Positions 1-9,955 are shown, counted from the first letter of the stretch. The stretch: 64,000 nucleotides of DNA from Candidatus Marinacidobacterales bacterium (GCA_965237955.1 OZ250169.1:7648001-7712000); one strand, 5' to 3'. Notes: generated from the letters alone by a model not told the origin. Translations and numbers: made by a program.

Positions 1-2
1 GG

Positions 3-845
3 TTCAAGAGCAGCGTCTTCTTCACGCTTGACGACGATGGGTTCATCGAGCCCGGGAGTTCGAAGATGGCGGGCCTCGAGGCGCTACGGACGGCCGACCT
101 GTTGATCATCGGCCTGCGCTTTCAGGACTTTCCGGCCGAGGAGATGCGGCACGTCGTGGACTACGTCGAGCGTGGCGGCCCGGTCATCGGAATCCGGACC
201 TCGACGCACGCGTTTCGGATCGAGGACGGGCCCTTTGTGCAATACACGTGGGACAACGAGGACGAGGACTACGCGGGCGGCTTTGGCCGCCAGGTGCTCG
301 GCGAGACATGGGTCGGACACTACGGCACCAACCACGAGCAGAGTTCGCTGATCGTTCCCGTCGCCGATCAGGTGGGGCACCCGATTCTGCGCGGCGTGCG
401 CGACGTCCACGTCCAATCCGGCGGCTACCGCGCGGACCCGATCTCTGGCTCGGTGACGCTCGCCCGCGGAACGGTGCTCAACGGCACGGAGGCCGATGCT
501 CCGCCGGATTCCAACAAGGAGCAGCTTCCCGTCGCATGGACACGCAGCTATGCCGGTGCAGACGGCGCGGCTGCGCGCGTCTTCACCACGACACACGGTG
601 CGTCCGAGGACTTTCTCAACGCCGGGTTCCGCCGCATGCTGGTCAACGCCGCGCTTTGGGCTGCCGGCCTGGAGGCCGCGATCACCGCAGGCCTCGACGT
701 GTCGCTCGTTGGCCCGTATCATCCGGTCACATACGGTTTCGACGGCTACCGGCGCGGCGTGCGACCCGCCGACCTGGCCGGATGGGACACGCCCATCATG
801 GACCCGACCAAGCCGACCCAGGAGCCAACGGGCGGGCGGAGGTAG
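3..845 (+). CDS. ThuA-like (class I glutamine amidotransferase-like) domain protein, 5' partial
   Basis: Frame is open from the window edge. Motifs GGPVIGIRTSTHAF, W.GH.G, HPILRGV, PVAWTR, RVFTTTHG, FRRMLVNA are typical of ThuA-like proteins. Confidence 0.75.
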   Translation, partial: FKSSVFFTLDDDGFIEPGSSKMAGLEALRTADLLIIGLRFQDFPAEEMRHVVDYVERGGPVIGIRTSTHAFRIEDGPFVQYTWDNEDEDYAGGFGRQVLGETWVGHYGTNHEQSSLIVPVADQVGHPILRGVRDVHVQSGGYRADPISGSVTLARGTVLNGTEADAPPDSNKEQLPVAWTRSYAGADGAAARVFTTTHGASEDFLNAGFRRMLVNAALWAAGLEAAITAGLDVSLVGPYHPVTYGFDGYRRGVRPADLAGWDTPIMDPTKPTQEPTGGRR

Positions 846-851
846 ACCGAG

Positions 852-3728
852 ATGACGGCACAGAACGCCCCAGCGACGATGAGACCGCTGGCCTGGTTCG
901 CGCGAATCGCCACGATTGGATTCGCCATTGGGGCCACCGCGTGCGGATCCAGCCAGACGACCTTTGAACCAGGCGACCACGTTGTCATCGTCGGCAGCGG
1001 TCTGGCCGACGGGATGCAGCACGACGGATGGCTCGAGGCCTATCTACAGTCCGAACTGCCGGATCTCGAGCTCGTCATTCGCAACCACGGCTTTTCCGGC
1101 GATCGCATCGACCATCGTCCGCGCGTCGAAGGGTTTCCGACCGCCGACGAATTGCTCGCGACCTCCCAGGCCGACGTAATTCTCGCGATGTTCGGCTACA
1201 ACGAGTCGTTCGATGGCGACCCGGCGCAGTTCGGCGCCGCGCTCGAGGAGTGGATCGACCACACGCGCGCGCAGAACTACTTCGGCGAGGGGGCACCGCG
1301 CGTCGTCTTGTTTTCGCCGATCGCCCACGAGAACCTGAGCAATCCGAATCTGCCGGATGGTCGCGACAACAACCCGCGCCTCGCGGCCTACTCCGAGGCC
1401 ATGGAGTCCGTCGCGGACGACAGGGATGTGCAGTACGTCGACCTGTTCGGTCCGTCGCAAGCGCTCTACCATGGAGCAGCGTCACCGCTGACCGTCAACG
1501 GCGTCCACCTCAACAGCGACGGCAATCGTCAGATTGCCGAGGTGATCGTCGAGTCGTTGCTCGGGAGCCGTCCTGAGATCAACGAGGACCCGCTCGAGTT
1601 GATTCGCCAGGCGGTTCTCGACAAGAACTGGCACTGGTTCAATCGGTTCCGCGCGACCGACGGCAACGATGTGTGGGGCACCCGGTCGACGCTCAAGTTC
1701 ACGGACGGACAAACCAACCGCGTCGTGCTCCAAAACGAGCTCGCCCAGCTCGACATCATGACCGCCAACCGCGACCGTGTGATCTGGGCCGCCGCGGGTG
1801 GCGAGTCGATCGAGCCAGACGATTCCAACGTGCCGGCGCCGATCGAGGTTGTCAGCAACCTCGCCAAGCCCCAGTTCCAGGATGGTGTCAGCAAGACCGG
1901 GACGCTTGAGTATCTCAGCGGCGAGGCCGCGATCGAAAAGATGACGCTCGAGGCAGGGATGGAGGCGAACCTGTTCGCCTCGGAAGAAAGGTTTCCGGAG
2001 CTCGTCAACCCTGTGCAGCTCGGCGTCGACACCGGAGGCCGGCTCTGGGCCGCGACGTGGGCCACCTACCCCAAATGGGAGCCGATGGGTGAGATGAACG
2101 ACCGGTTGCTCATTTTCCCCGACGACGACCGCGACGGCGTCGCCGACCGGGCCATCACGTTCGCCTACGTGCACAACCCAACTGGATTCGAATTCTGGAA
2201 CGGCGGAGTGGTCGTCGCGTCAGTGCCCGATCTCTGGTTCCTCAAGGACACGGACGGTGACGATGTCGCGGACGTGCGGATTCGGATGATGGGCGCGCTT
2301 GGATCAGCCGACACGCACCACTCCGCCAACAATTTCGTCTACGGTCCCGACGGCTTCATCTACTACCAGCGCGGCGTCTTCAATGTCTCCAACGTAGAGT
2401 CGCCCTGGGCGGCGAACCAGGAGTCGAATGTCTCCGGGATGTACCGCTTCAACCCGCGCACATTCGAGTTCAGCTTCCACGCCGCGATACGTCCCAACCC
2501 GCACGGCATCAGCTTCGACTACTGGGGCTACCACTACGCGACCGACGGCACCGGTGGCTCGACCTATCAGGTCAAACCAACGGGTGACGGTGCCTTCGAG
2601 ATGCGCCGATTGCTTCAGCACACGGTTCGGCCCGTTCCCGCGAGCGGGATCCTGTCCAGCGCCCACTTTCCGCAGAGGAATCAGGGCAATTTCATGATCC
2701 TCAACGTCATCGCGTTTCTGGGGATCAAACAGTACCAGCTGACCTTCGACACCGACACCGGTGACGTGTTCGGCACCGAGACCGCCGACCTGCTGGTGTC
2801 CTCCGACCCGAACTTCCGGCCTGTCGACTTCGAGATTGGCGACGACGGCGGGTTGTACGTCGCTGATTGGGCCAACGCGATCATCGGTCACATGCAACAC
2901 AACGTCCGCGATCCTGCCCGTGACCATGCCCACGGCCGGATCTACCGGATCACGGTTCCCGGGAGACCCCTGCAAGATCACGCGGAGATCGACGGGCAGC
3001 CCATTCCCGCACTGCTGGCCGCCCTCGAGAGCCCGATCAACGGCATCCGCCATCGCGCCCGCGTCGAGCTGTCGGAGCGCGACAGCGCCGAGGTGATCGC
3101 CGCCACCGAGGAGTGGCTGCAGCAGTTCGACGCGACGACCGAGCGGGACGCACACCACATCCTCGAGGCCCTCTGGGTGCACCAGCAGCACAACGTCGTC
3201 AACCGCGAGTTGCTGAATCTGGTGCTCTTCTCTCCGTCACCGCATGCGCGGATCGCCGCGGAACGAGTGCAGCAGTTGTGGGACCACAACGCGTCAGAGC
3301 CGTTCGATGTCACCGCAAATCTCACTTCCGCAGCCGCCGAGAGCGTGGAGCCCGATCCTGACGCGATCGTCATCCGGACCCTCGTCGACCAGATGAAGTT
3401 CGACACGGAGTCGTTCACGGTCACGGCCGGGCAGCCGGTCAAGATCTGGTTCGAGAATCCCGACTACTCGCCACACAACTTGATCTTTGGCGAGCCGAAC
3501 TCTGCCGCGGAGATCGCGGCGGCCGCGAAGGGCCTCGGGCCGCTTGGTTTCGCGCTGGAGTTCCTTCCGGACAGCGACAAGATCATTGCCGCGTCGGAAA
3601 TGCTGAACTATCGCGAGTACCAGGTGATCGAGTTCACGGCGCCGGCGACGACGGGCGACTACGATTTCCTCTGCACTTTCCCGAATCACTGGCTGACTAT
3701 GCGAGGCGTCATGCGCGTCCGGGACTAG
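852..3728 (+). CDS. Secreted multidomain protein: SGNH-like domain + PVC-type dehydrogenase-like beta-propeller + HEAT + C-terminal azurin/auracyanin-like cupredoxin
   Basis: Lipoprotein-like N-terminus (ATAC); MFGYNESF and NGVHLN (SGNH); DDDRDGVAD, DTDGDDVAD and FRPVD..IGDDGGLYVADW (propeller); PHN...CTFPNHW..M type-1 copper ligands. Confidence 0.75.
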   Translation: MTAQNAPATMRPLAWFARIATIGFAIGATACGSSQTTFEPGDHVVIVGSGLADGMQHDGWLEAYLQSELPDLELVIRNHGFSGDRIDHRPRVEGFPTADELLATSQADVILAMFGYNESFDGDPAQFGAALEEWIDHTRAQNYFGEGAPRVVLFSPIAHENLSNPNLPDGRDNNPRLAAYSEAMESVADDRDVQYVDLFGPSQALYHGAASPLTVNGVHLNSDGNRQIAEVIVESLLGSRPEINEDPLELIRQAVLDKNWHWFNRFRATDGNDVWGTRSTLKFTDGQTNRVVLQNELAQLDIMTANRDRVIWAAAGGESIEPDDSNVPAPIEVVSNLAKPQFQDGVSKTGTLEYLSGEAAIEKMTLEAGMEANLFASEERFPELVNPVQLGVDTGGRLWAATWATYPKWEPMGEMNDRLLIFPDDDRDGVADRAITFAYVHNPTGFEFWNGGVVVASVPDLWFLKDTDGDDVADVRIRMMGALGSADTHHSANNFVYGPDGFIYYQRGVFNVSNVESPWAANQESNVSGMYRFNPRTFEFSFHAAIRPNPHGISFDYWGYHYATDGTGGSTYQVKPTGDGAFEMRRLLQHTVRPVPASGILSSAHFPQRNQGNFMILNVIAFLGIKQYQLTFDTDTGDVFGTETADLLVSSDPNFRPVDFEIGDDGGLYVADWANAIIGHMQHNVRDPARDHAHGRIYRITVPGRPLQDHAEIDGQPIPALLAALESPINGIRHRARVELSERDSAEVIAATEEWLQQFDATTERDAHHILEALWVHQQHNVVNRELLNLVLFSPSPHARIAAERVQQLWDHNASEPFDVTANLTSAAAESVEPDPDAIVIRTLVDQMKFDTESFTVTAGQPVKIWFENPDYSPHNLIFGEPNSAAEIAAAAKGLGPLGFALEFLPDSDKIIAASEMLNYREYQVIEFTAPATTGDYDFLCTFPNHWLTMRGVMRVRD

Positions 3729-3753
3729 AAGGTCGTTCTAGAGTGCGAAGAGC

Positions 3754-3846
3754 CTCTGGAAACTCATGCTATTCGGTGAGAGGTCGCTTCACCTGGCGCT
3801 GAAGGAGTACGTCACCCACCATCACCACGAGAGGAATCATCAAGGA
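3754..3846 (+). pseudogene. Remnant of rve-type (IS481/IS3-like) transposase C-terminus
   Basis: Translates LWKLMLFGERSLHLALKEYVTHHHHERNHQG, matching [25 protein letters not shown] of the transposase at 8813-9412. Confidence 0.7.
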
Positions 3847-3866
3847 ACCGAAGAGGAGCACGAGTC

Positions 3867-5615
3867 ATGAGCATGCGAACGGAACGAACACTGTTTGTGT
3901 GGGCTTCGACCCTTCTCTTCGCCGGACTCGCTCATGCCGGGCAGGAAGGTAAAAACTCTTCCTACGATGTTCTCATCCGCGGGGGACAGATCGTGGACGG
4001 GAGCGGCAATCCCTGGTTTCACGGTGATGTGGGAATCCGCGACGGCCGCATTAAAAGCGTCGGACGATTGGTGGATGCAAAGGCCTCCCGCATCATCGAA
4101 GCCGAGGGCCTGGTGGTGGCGCCGGGATTCATCGACCTGCACACACGCTCCGACTACGCCCTGCTGGCCGACGGGCTGGCACAGAGCAAGGTGCGGGAAG
4201 GCGTGACGCTCGACGTGCTGGGAGCATCTACGACGGTGGCGCCGCGCGACGGCTTGAGCGAACGCATGGGTCGGCGTTTCGTTCTTCCAGGCTCATATTC
4301 GCTATCTTCCTCCCTCGATTTCGCTGAAATCAGCGGCGGCATCGAGATCGACTGGACCGACTTCACCGGCTACTTCCAGAGATTGAAAAGGCGAGGGATC
4401 TCCATGAACGTGATCTCCCACGTTTCCGCCGGTCAAGTTCGGCGTGTGGTAATGGGCGACGAGACGCGGCCCGCCACCGAAGTCGAGCTCGAGGGAATGA
4501 CCAGCCTCGTGGCGCGCTCCATGGAGGAGGGGGCATGGGGGCTCGTGACCCGCTTCGAGAGCGGCGGGCCGGCCCATCCTGATGAGATCCTCGCCATGGC
4601 CAGAGTGACCGCTTCGTACAGTGGCAATTACGCCTCGCACCATGGAGGCCAAGGCTTCGAGCATGAAGAGGAGATCAACTTCGCGATTCGCGTGGCCGAG
4701 GAGGCGCGGATTCCCGTACACCTCTTTCACTTGAAGGTAAGGGGCCGCGACAACTGGGGAACCATAGGCCGGTTTCTCGATCAAATCGAGGCGGCCCGTG
4801 CTCGGGGACTCGATATCACGGCGAACCAGTATCCCTACACGGCGCTGTTTCATCGATGGAGCTCTGTCTTCCCGTTGTGGATGAGAGAAGGGGGCCCGGA
4901 GAAATTCGCGGAGCGGCTCCGAGATCTTTCGCTGCGGGAAAAGACCAAACGGGATCCGGAATTCATCACCTGGTCCAAGGAGCACGGTTGGTGGGAGGGC
5001 ATCGCGATGGTGTGGGCCAGCACGAGCGAGAACGAGAAGTACGAGGGGATGAGCGTCGCCAAGATCGCGGAGCTTCGGGGTGATGCCGACCCGGCCGATA
5101 CGTACATCCATCTCATGGCCGAGGAGGGCGACAGGATCTCGGGTATCTTTCATGCCATGTCCGAGGAGGACGTTCGAAAGGTGATGCGAAAGTCCTGGGT
5201 GGCGATCGCCAGCGACGGGTCGGCGATCAACCTGGATGCGCCCGGCGTTCCCCATCCACGCAACTACAGCACCAATCCACGGGTGCTCGGTCACTACGTT
5301 CGAGACGAGAACGTGCTAGCGCTCGAAGACGCGATAAGGAAGATGAGCTCCCTACCCGCCCAAATTCTAGGATTGCGCGACCGGGGACAGCTCCGGGAAG
5401 GCTTTGCCGCCGACGTCGTGGTGTTCGATCCGGAAAAAGTGCGGGGGACCAACTCCTTCGCGAATCCCAAGTCCTATCCCGAGGGCATCCCCTACGTGCT
5501 GGTCAACGGGGTGCTCGTCATCGACGGCGGCGAGCACACGGAAGCGCGACCGGGCAAGGTGATTTACGGCAGGGGCTACAAAGGAGCATGCAGGACTTCG
5601 TCGAGCGGTAGCTAG
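3867..5615 (+). CDS. N-acyl-D-amino-acid deacylase (D-aminoacylase) family amidohydrolase with signal peptide
   Basis: YDVLIRGGQIVDGSGNP, VAPGFIDLH, IASDG, PHPRNY, LEDAIRKMSSLPA, DRGQLREGFAADVVVFDP. Confidence 0.85.
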   Translation: MSMRTERTLFVWASTLLFAGLAHAGQEGKNSSYDVLIRGGQIVDGSGNPWFHGDVGIRDGRIKSVGRLVDAKASRIIEAEGLVVAPGFIDLHTRSDYALLADGLAQSKVREGVTLDVLGASTTVAPRDGLSERMGRRFVLPGSYSLSSSLDFAEISGGIEIDWTDFTGYFQRLKRRGISMNVISHVSAGQVRRVVMGDETRPATEVELEGMTSLVARSMEEGAWGLVTRFESGGPAHPDEILAMARVTASYSGNYASHHGGQGFEHEEEINFAIRVAEEARIPVHLFHLKVRGRDNWGTIGRFLDQIEAARARGLDITANQYPYTALFHRWSSVFPLWMREGGPEKFAERLRDLSLREKTKRDPEFITWSKEHGWWEGIAMVWASTSENEKYEGMSVAKIAELRGDADPADTYIHLMAEEGDRISGIFHAMSEEDVRKVMRKSWVAIASDGSAINLDAPGVPHPRNYSTNPRVLGHYVRDENVLALEDAIRKMSSLPAQILGLRDRGQLREGFAADVVVFDPEKVRGTNSFANPKSYPEGIPYVLVNGVLVIDGGEHTEARPGKVIYGRGYKGACRTSSSGS

Positions 5616-5698
5616 CTGCTTCTCCGGATCGCTGCCACATGGGACTCGAAAAAAGCAACGCCGGAGGAGACCGGTCACGCCACGACCGTCACCTATGG

Positions 5699-5905
5699 CT
5701 AAGGTCGTGGCGCTGTCGAGAGTGGGTGGACTGCACCATCGCTATGAATGGCGCGACGCCGCGTAGCGCAGTTTTCTGTAACGAACGACTGGTGGCCGCA
5801 GCCGTCGACAATGGCGTTCACCAGCTCCTGAACGGCTGGCCCTGTAGTCCCGGGACCGTTTCGCGTGCGTCGCCCTCGTTTTCGTCCTCGCTTCTCGCTT
5901 CGCAT
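5699..5905 (-). pseudogene. Possible remnant of an rve-family transposase N-terminal region
   Basis: KRGRRTRNGPGTTGPAVQELVNAIVD resembles the RRKPGPKGPSxELIxAIV segment of such transposases and lies at the GC/AT boundary. Weak. Confidence 0.3.
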
Positions 5906-5978
5906 GGCCTACTTTCTCGATTGGATTAATAATGACGAGGCACAGCTAATTTCAACATCAACAGAAGGAGCAAGAAGC

Positions 5979-8489
5979 GTGAAAGAAAACAGATTCATGA
6001 TGAAAACCATAATTGTTACGATTATTTTTTGCACCCTTTTTTCATTGAGCCTCTATGGACAGGAGAGACTTTCAATGAATAAGGGATGGAGCTTTAAATA
6101 CATTGCTCCGGATAGTAAAGAAATAGAACCAGTCTTCAACAAGTACTTCTATAAGAATGCTCAGATGAACCCTATAGGGTGGAGCCGGGATGAGCTAATG
6201 CAACTTTCTTACGATGGTTCTACATGGAGAACAATCAATGTTCCTCACGATTTTGTTATTGAAAGTGTACCGCTTAAAGGTATGACTGATGCAAATCGGG
6301 GATTCTTTGAAAGAGGCATAGGGATATACAGGAAGATATTCGATATTTCCGCATCTGATAAAGGAAAACGCATCTGGATCAGATTTGAAGGAGTAACTCG
6401 TGATGCCCAGGTATTCCTTAATGGATTTAAGTTATTGGAACACAAAAGTGGTTACACCCCCTTCAGAATAGATATAAGTGATGTAGTACGTTACGGACAT
6501 CAGAAAAACGTTTTGCTTGTGGTATGCGATTCCCGCCAATGGGAGGGTTGGTGGTATGAAGGAGGCGGTATTTATCGTCCGGTATATATGGAAAAGTCAG
6601 GAGGCTCTCTTTATTTTGAGCCGGATAGTATAGCAGTTAACCCAATTCTTTCAGCAGATTATACCTCGGCGAATGTCGAAGTTCACTATACAGTTCAGAA
6701 CAGGGAAAGAAGAAGCAGGACATTCGCACTCGTAACAAGAATTATCGACCAGGAAGGGGAAGAGGTTAATTCTTCTTCAGCAATATTTGACATTGAACCA
6801 TGGAGAAAAATAGATCGCCGGATGGCGCTGAAAATAAATTCCCCAAAACTTTGGTCCTTGGAAGAGAGGGACCTGTATTTTGTTGAATCTGAGATCAAAG
6901 AATCCGGTTTAACGGTTGAAAGAAACAAAACCCGTTTCGGTATCAGACAAATTGTTTTTGATGCTGATAAAGGACTTCTCCTCAATGGCAAACACGTCAA
7001 AGTTATGGGAGCAGCCGCACATCAGGATAATGGAAGTGTTGGAGTTGCGGTTCCTGCTGAAATAATACGCTATAGAATACAAACCATGAAGAACTTTGGA
7101 TTCAATGGTTATCGTAGTGCACATAACGCTGCAGCTCCGGCATTGTTAGATATCTGCGATGAAGAAGGTATGCTGGTTATGAATGAACAGAGAATACCTG
7201 AGACCAGCCCCAGGTATCTCGAAGAGATGCGCGAAATTATCAAGAGCTCGAGAAATCATCCATCAGTCTTTATCTATAATCTTGCGAATACAGTGACCCC
7301 AGTTGCCGATACCGATTTTTCATTCGTTGAAGGATCGATCTCAACCTTAATGCAGGAAATTGCGAGATTAGATCCACAGAAAAGGGCTGCAACAATGAAT
7401 GCTAATTTAAGGAAGCCCCATGAAGAAGGTGAAAAGAGTGTAAGCCGTAAAGAATATCTGAGACCTACAGGTCGAATCCTGGATGTTGTCAACTATTACG
7501 GTGGTGACAAGTATGCTTATGAAGGCAAACCGATAATTAAGGTTGAAACAGGTGCCGGGAGGTTTACAAGAGGAATTTATGAGACGAACAAGGAAAAGTT
7601 GTGGGTCTCTTCGATTCCGAACTGGAAAACCCACGAACGGATAAAACGATTTATGACGACTGACGAGGTCTCAGGGGCATTTGTGTGGACCGCTTTCGAT
7701 TATCGTGGGGAGCCTACACCATATAGATTCTTCCCAGGAGTCAGCAGTCAATGCGGTTTGTTTGACTTATGCGGTTTTCCTAAAGATCTGGTCTACTTTT
7801 ACAAAGCGGTTCAAACTCATGAACCGGTGCTTCACCTTTTTCCCCATTGGAATTGGAAAGGCAGGGAAGGAGAAATGATCAAGGTTTTTTCATATTCAAA
7901 CCTTGAGGAGGTTGAATTATTACAGGACGGAAAAAGTCTTGGTAAACAAAAAGTTATGCCTTTCGAAAATCAAAGCTGGGATGTAAAGTACAAACCTGGA
8001 ACACTGATTGCCAAAGGATACAAAGATGGCAAACTCGTTCTTACCGATAAGGTTGTAACATCAGGAGAACCTTATTCTGTGAGGGTGTCCGGGTATAAAA
8101 ACAACTTAAAAGCTGATGGAGAAGATGCAGTTACCTTAGAATTTGAAATTCTTGATAAGAACGGTACTGTTTGTCCGAATGCAGATAACATTATTAACAT
8201 TACAATCAAAGGTAATGGTCATTTACTGGGTGTTGATAATGGCAGTCCCACTAATCTTAATCCGACAAAACTTCCTAAAGTCAGGGCTTTTAGCGGGCTC
8301 TGCTCAGCCATTGTACAGTCAAACGAAGAAGCCGGAAGTATAGTTATTACAGCCACTTCAGATGGCTTAAAAACCGGAGTTCTTGAGATAGAAACCATTC
8401 CGGCTGAAATTAGGCCTGCCGTGAAATCAGAACTGATGGTAGAGGATTATATGTTCTTCAGGAAACCAGATGGTTGGAGTTTTAAGTGA
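5979..8489 (+). CDS. Glycoside hydrolase family 2 (beta-galactosidase-like), secreted, AT-rich
   Basis: AAGGAG RBS 8 nt before GTG 5979; signal peptide; INVPHDF, WWYEGGGIYR, GFNGYRSAHN, RNHPS, FVWTAFDYRGEP, HLFPHWNW; DUF4982-like C-terminus. Confidence 0.9.
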   Translation: MKENRFMMKTIIVTIIFCTLFSLSLYGQERLSMNKGWSFKYIAPDSKEIEPVFNKYFYKNAQMNPIGWSRDELMQLSYDGSTWRTINVPHDFVIESVPLKGMTDANRGFFERGIGIYRKIFDISASDKGKRIWIRFEGVTRDAQVFLNGFKLLEHKSGYTPFRIDISDVVRYGHQKNVLLVVCDSRQWEGWWYEGGGIYRPVYMEKSGGSLYFEPDSIAVNPILSADYTSANVEVHYTVQNRERRSRTFALVTRIIDQEGEEVNSSSAIFDIEPWRKIDRRMALKINSPKLWSLEERDLYFVESEIKESGLTVERNKTRFGIRQIVFDADKGLLLNGKHVKVMGAAAHQDNGSVGVAVPAEIIRYRIQTMKNFGFNGYRSAHNAAAPALLDICDEEGMLVMNEQRIPETSPRYLEEMREIIKSSRNHPSVFIYNLANTVTPVADTDFSFVEGSISTLMQEIARLDPQKRAATMNANLRKPHEEGEKSVSRKEYLRPTGRILDVVNYYGGDKYAYEGKPIIKVETGAGRFTRGIYETNKEKLWVSSIPNWKTHERIKRFMTTDEVSGAFVWTAFDYRGEPTPYRFFPGVSSQCGLFDLCGFPKDLVYFYKAVQTHEPVLHLFPHWNWKGREGEMIKVFSYSNLEEVELLQDGKSLGKQKVMPFENQSWDVKYKPGTLIAKGYKDGKLVLTDKVVTSGEPYSVRVSGYKNNLKADGEDAVTLEFEILDKNGTVCPNADNIINITIKGNGHLLGVDNGSPTNLNPTKLPKVRAFSGLCSAIVQSNEEAGSIVITATSDGLKTGVLEIETIPAEIRPAVKSELMVEDYMFFRKPDGWSFK

Positions 8490-8503
8490 AATGACTGTCC
8501 AAT

Positions 8504-8583
8504 TCAAGTTCGGAGATGTTCGGTGATGAAGGTGATCACGCGGAGCTCGCCGCCACACTGACATTTCAAAAACTCCAAGACCC
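8504..8583 (-). pseudogene. IS91-like (Y2) transposase C-terminal fragment
   Basis: LEFLKCQCGGELRVITFITE resembles the C-terminal CPxCGGxMRVIAFIT motif; truncated by the neighbouring IS end. Confidence 0.5.
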
Positions 8584-9845
8584 CGTCCTGTGCCAAAACT
8601 CGGCCCTTTTGAAATAGGCCATAAATCAGCAACTTAGTGTCTGTGTTTGCGACCGGGCCAAGGGCCGTGGGCTTTACAATCGTCTTGGGCGGGCGGGTCG
8701 TCACCATGCAGATGACCACCTAGTCGAGAGCGAATATCGAAGCGTGTGCCTGAAGCTGTTTTCACGCTACGCCGAGCGGGCCCACCAAGGGGCTACCGTC
8801 GCCGGCGACCATCTACGCGGCACGGCAGTAGTAGTTGAGAATGCCCCCCAGTCGCTCTCGCGACACGATGGGGCCAGCGTCATTCGCGCTTGCCGGCAGA
8901 GGTGTGAGGAGCTCGTTGCGGAGACCTTGGTGGTTCCGTTCTGTGTGATAGTGCACTACGTATTCGGTTACCGCTGTGCGCAGGTGTCGCTCACTGAGAG
9001 GTACGAAGCGGTCGAGACACTCTCGACGTATGGAGAGAACGAATCTTTCCGCGTATGCGTTCAGATTCGGACTATTGGCGGGAAGGCGAAGGGGCTTCAC
9101 GCCTGAATCTCTCAACAGCCCACGTATTGCCTCGGTGAATAGCGGGTCCCGGTCGTGGATGAGGTATCGCTTGCCAAGGAGGAAACCATCCCACATGTCA
9201 GTGAGGTTTCTTGCAACCTGCTTCATCCACTCCCCGTTGGGGTCCGACGTTATCCCACCGATGCACACGCAGCGAGCGCAGCGAGTGGCGATATCGATGA
9301 CAAACAGGACATGGTAGCGGACGAGCCCGAACGGGTTCACAACCTCGACGGTGAACAGGTCTGTCGCAGCGATGGCGCCCCAATGAGCCTTGATGAAGGT
9401 GCTCCACGACATGCTCTTGCCCCGCTCCGGGGCAGGAGCGATACCGTGGTCGGCGAAGATCCTCTTGATAGTGTTGCGTGCAGAAGCGTAGCGGGTGTGG
9501 CAACGGACGCAATCTGGGCCAGCGCCTCGCGGCCCAAAGACTGGGCCTTGACCGCGAGCCTGCGCCGCTCGTCGTCCGAGAGCCTGAGACGCTTGCCCCG
9601 AAGCCCGGCTCGGAGCACACGGTTCTCCTCTTGCAGGTAGTCGATCACATCCTGCTGCTGGCGGTTGACCCAGCCAGCTAGAACGAGCAGTAGGAATTGC
9701 ACGTGGTACGTCATCATGGACCTGAAGATAACACCCTCGGGCCAGACGATTGTAAAGCCTACGGCCCTTGGCCCCAGCGCAAACACAGACACTAAGCTGC
9801 TGATTTATGGCCTATTTCAAAAGGGCCGAGTTTTGGCACAGGACG
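8584..9845 (-). mobile_element. rve-type (IS481-like) insertion sequence bounded by 102-bp inverted repeats
   Basis: IRs at 8584-8685 and 9744-9845 (CGTCCTGTGCCAAAACTCGGCCC..., 5 mismatches) enclose the transposase. No target duplication is visible. Confidence 0.8.
8813..9717 (-). pseudogene. rve integrase-core transposase with internal deletion/frameshift near 9480
   Basis: N-part [36 protein letters not shown] and C-part with DDE core ([33 protein letters not shown]) are in different frames; the HTH linker is missing. Confidence 0.85.
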
Positions 9846-9955
9846 CGGTTCTCCTCTTGCAGGTAGTCGATCACATCCTGCTGCTGGCGGTTGACCCAGC
9901 CAGCTAGAACGAGCAGTAGGAATTGCACGTGGTACGTCATCATGGACCTGAAGAT
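9846..9955. repeat. 110-bp direct repeat of 9620-9729 (second copy of the transposase 5' end)
   Basis: Identical sequence cggttctcctcttgcagg...catggacctgaagat at both places. Confidence 0.9.

Noticed and set aside
5865-5978. N-terminal extension of the GH2 ORF
   Set aside because: It crosses the composition boundary; the RBS and signal peptide support a start at 5979 (or 5997).
9620-9955. 110-bp direct repeat as a DGR template/variable repeat
   Set aside because: The copies are identical (no adenine-specific changes), there is no reverse transcriptase, and the sequence is transposase.
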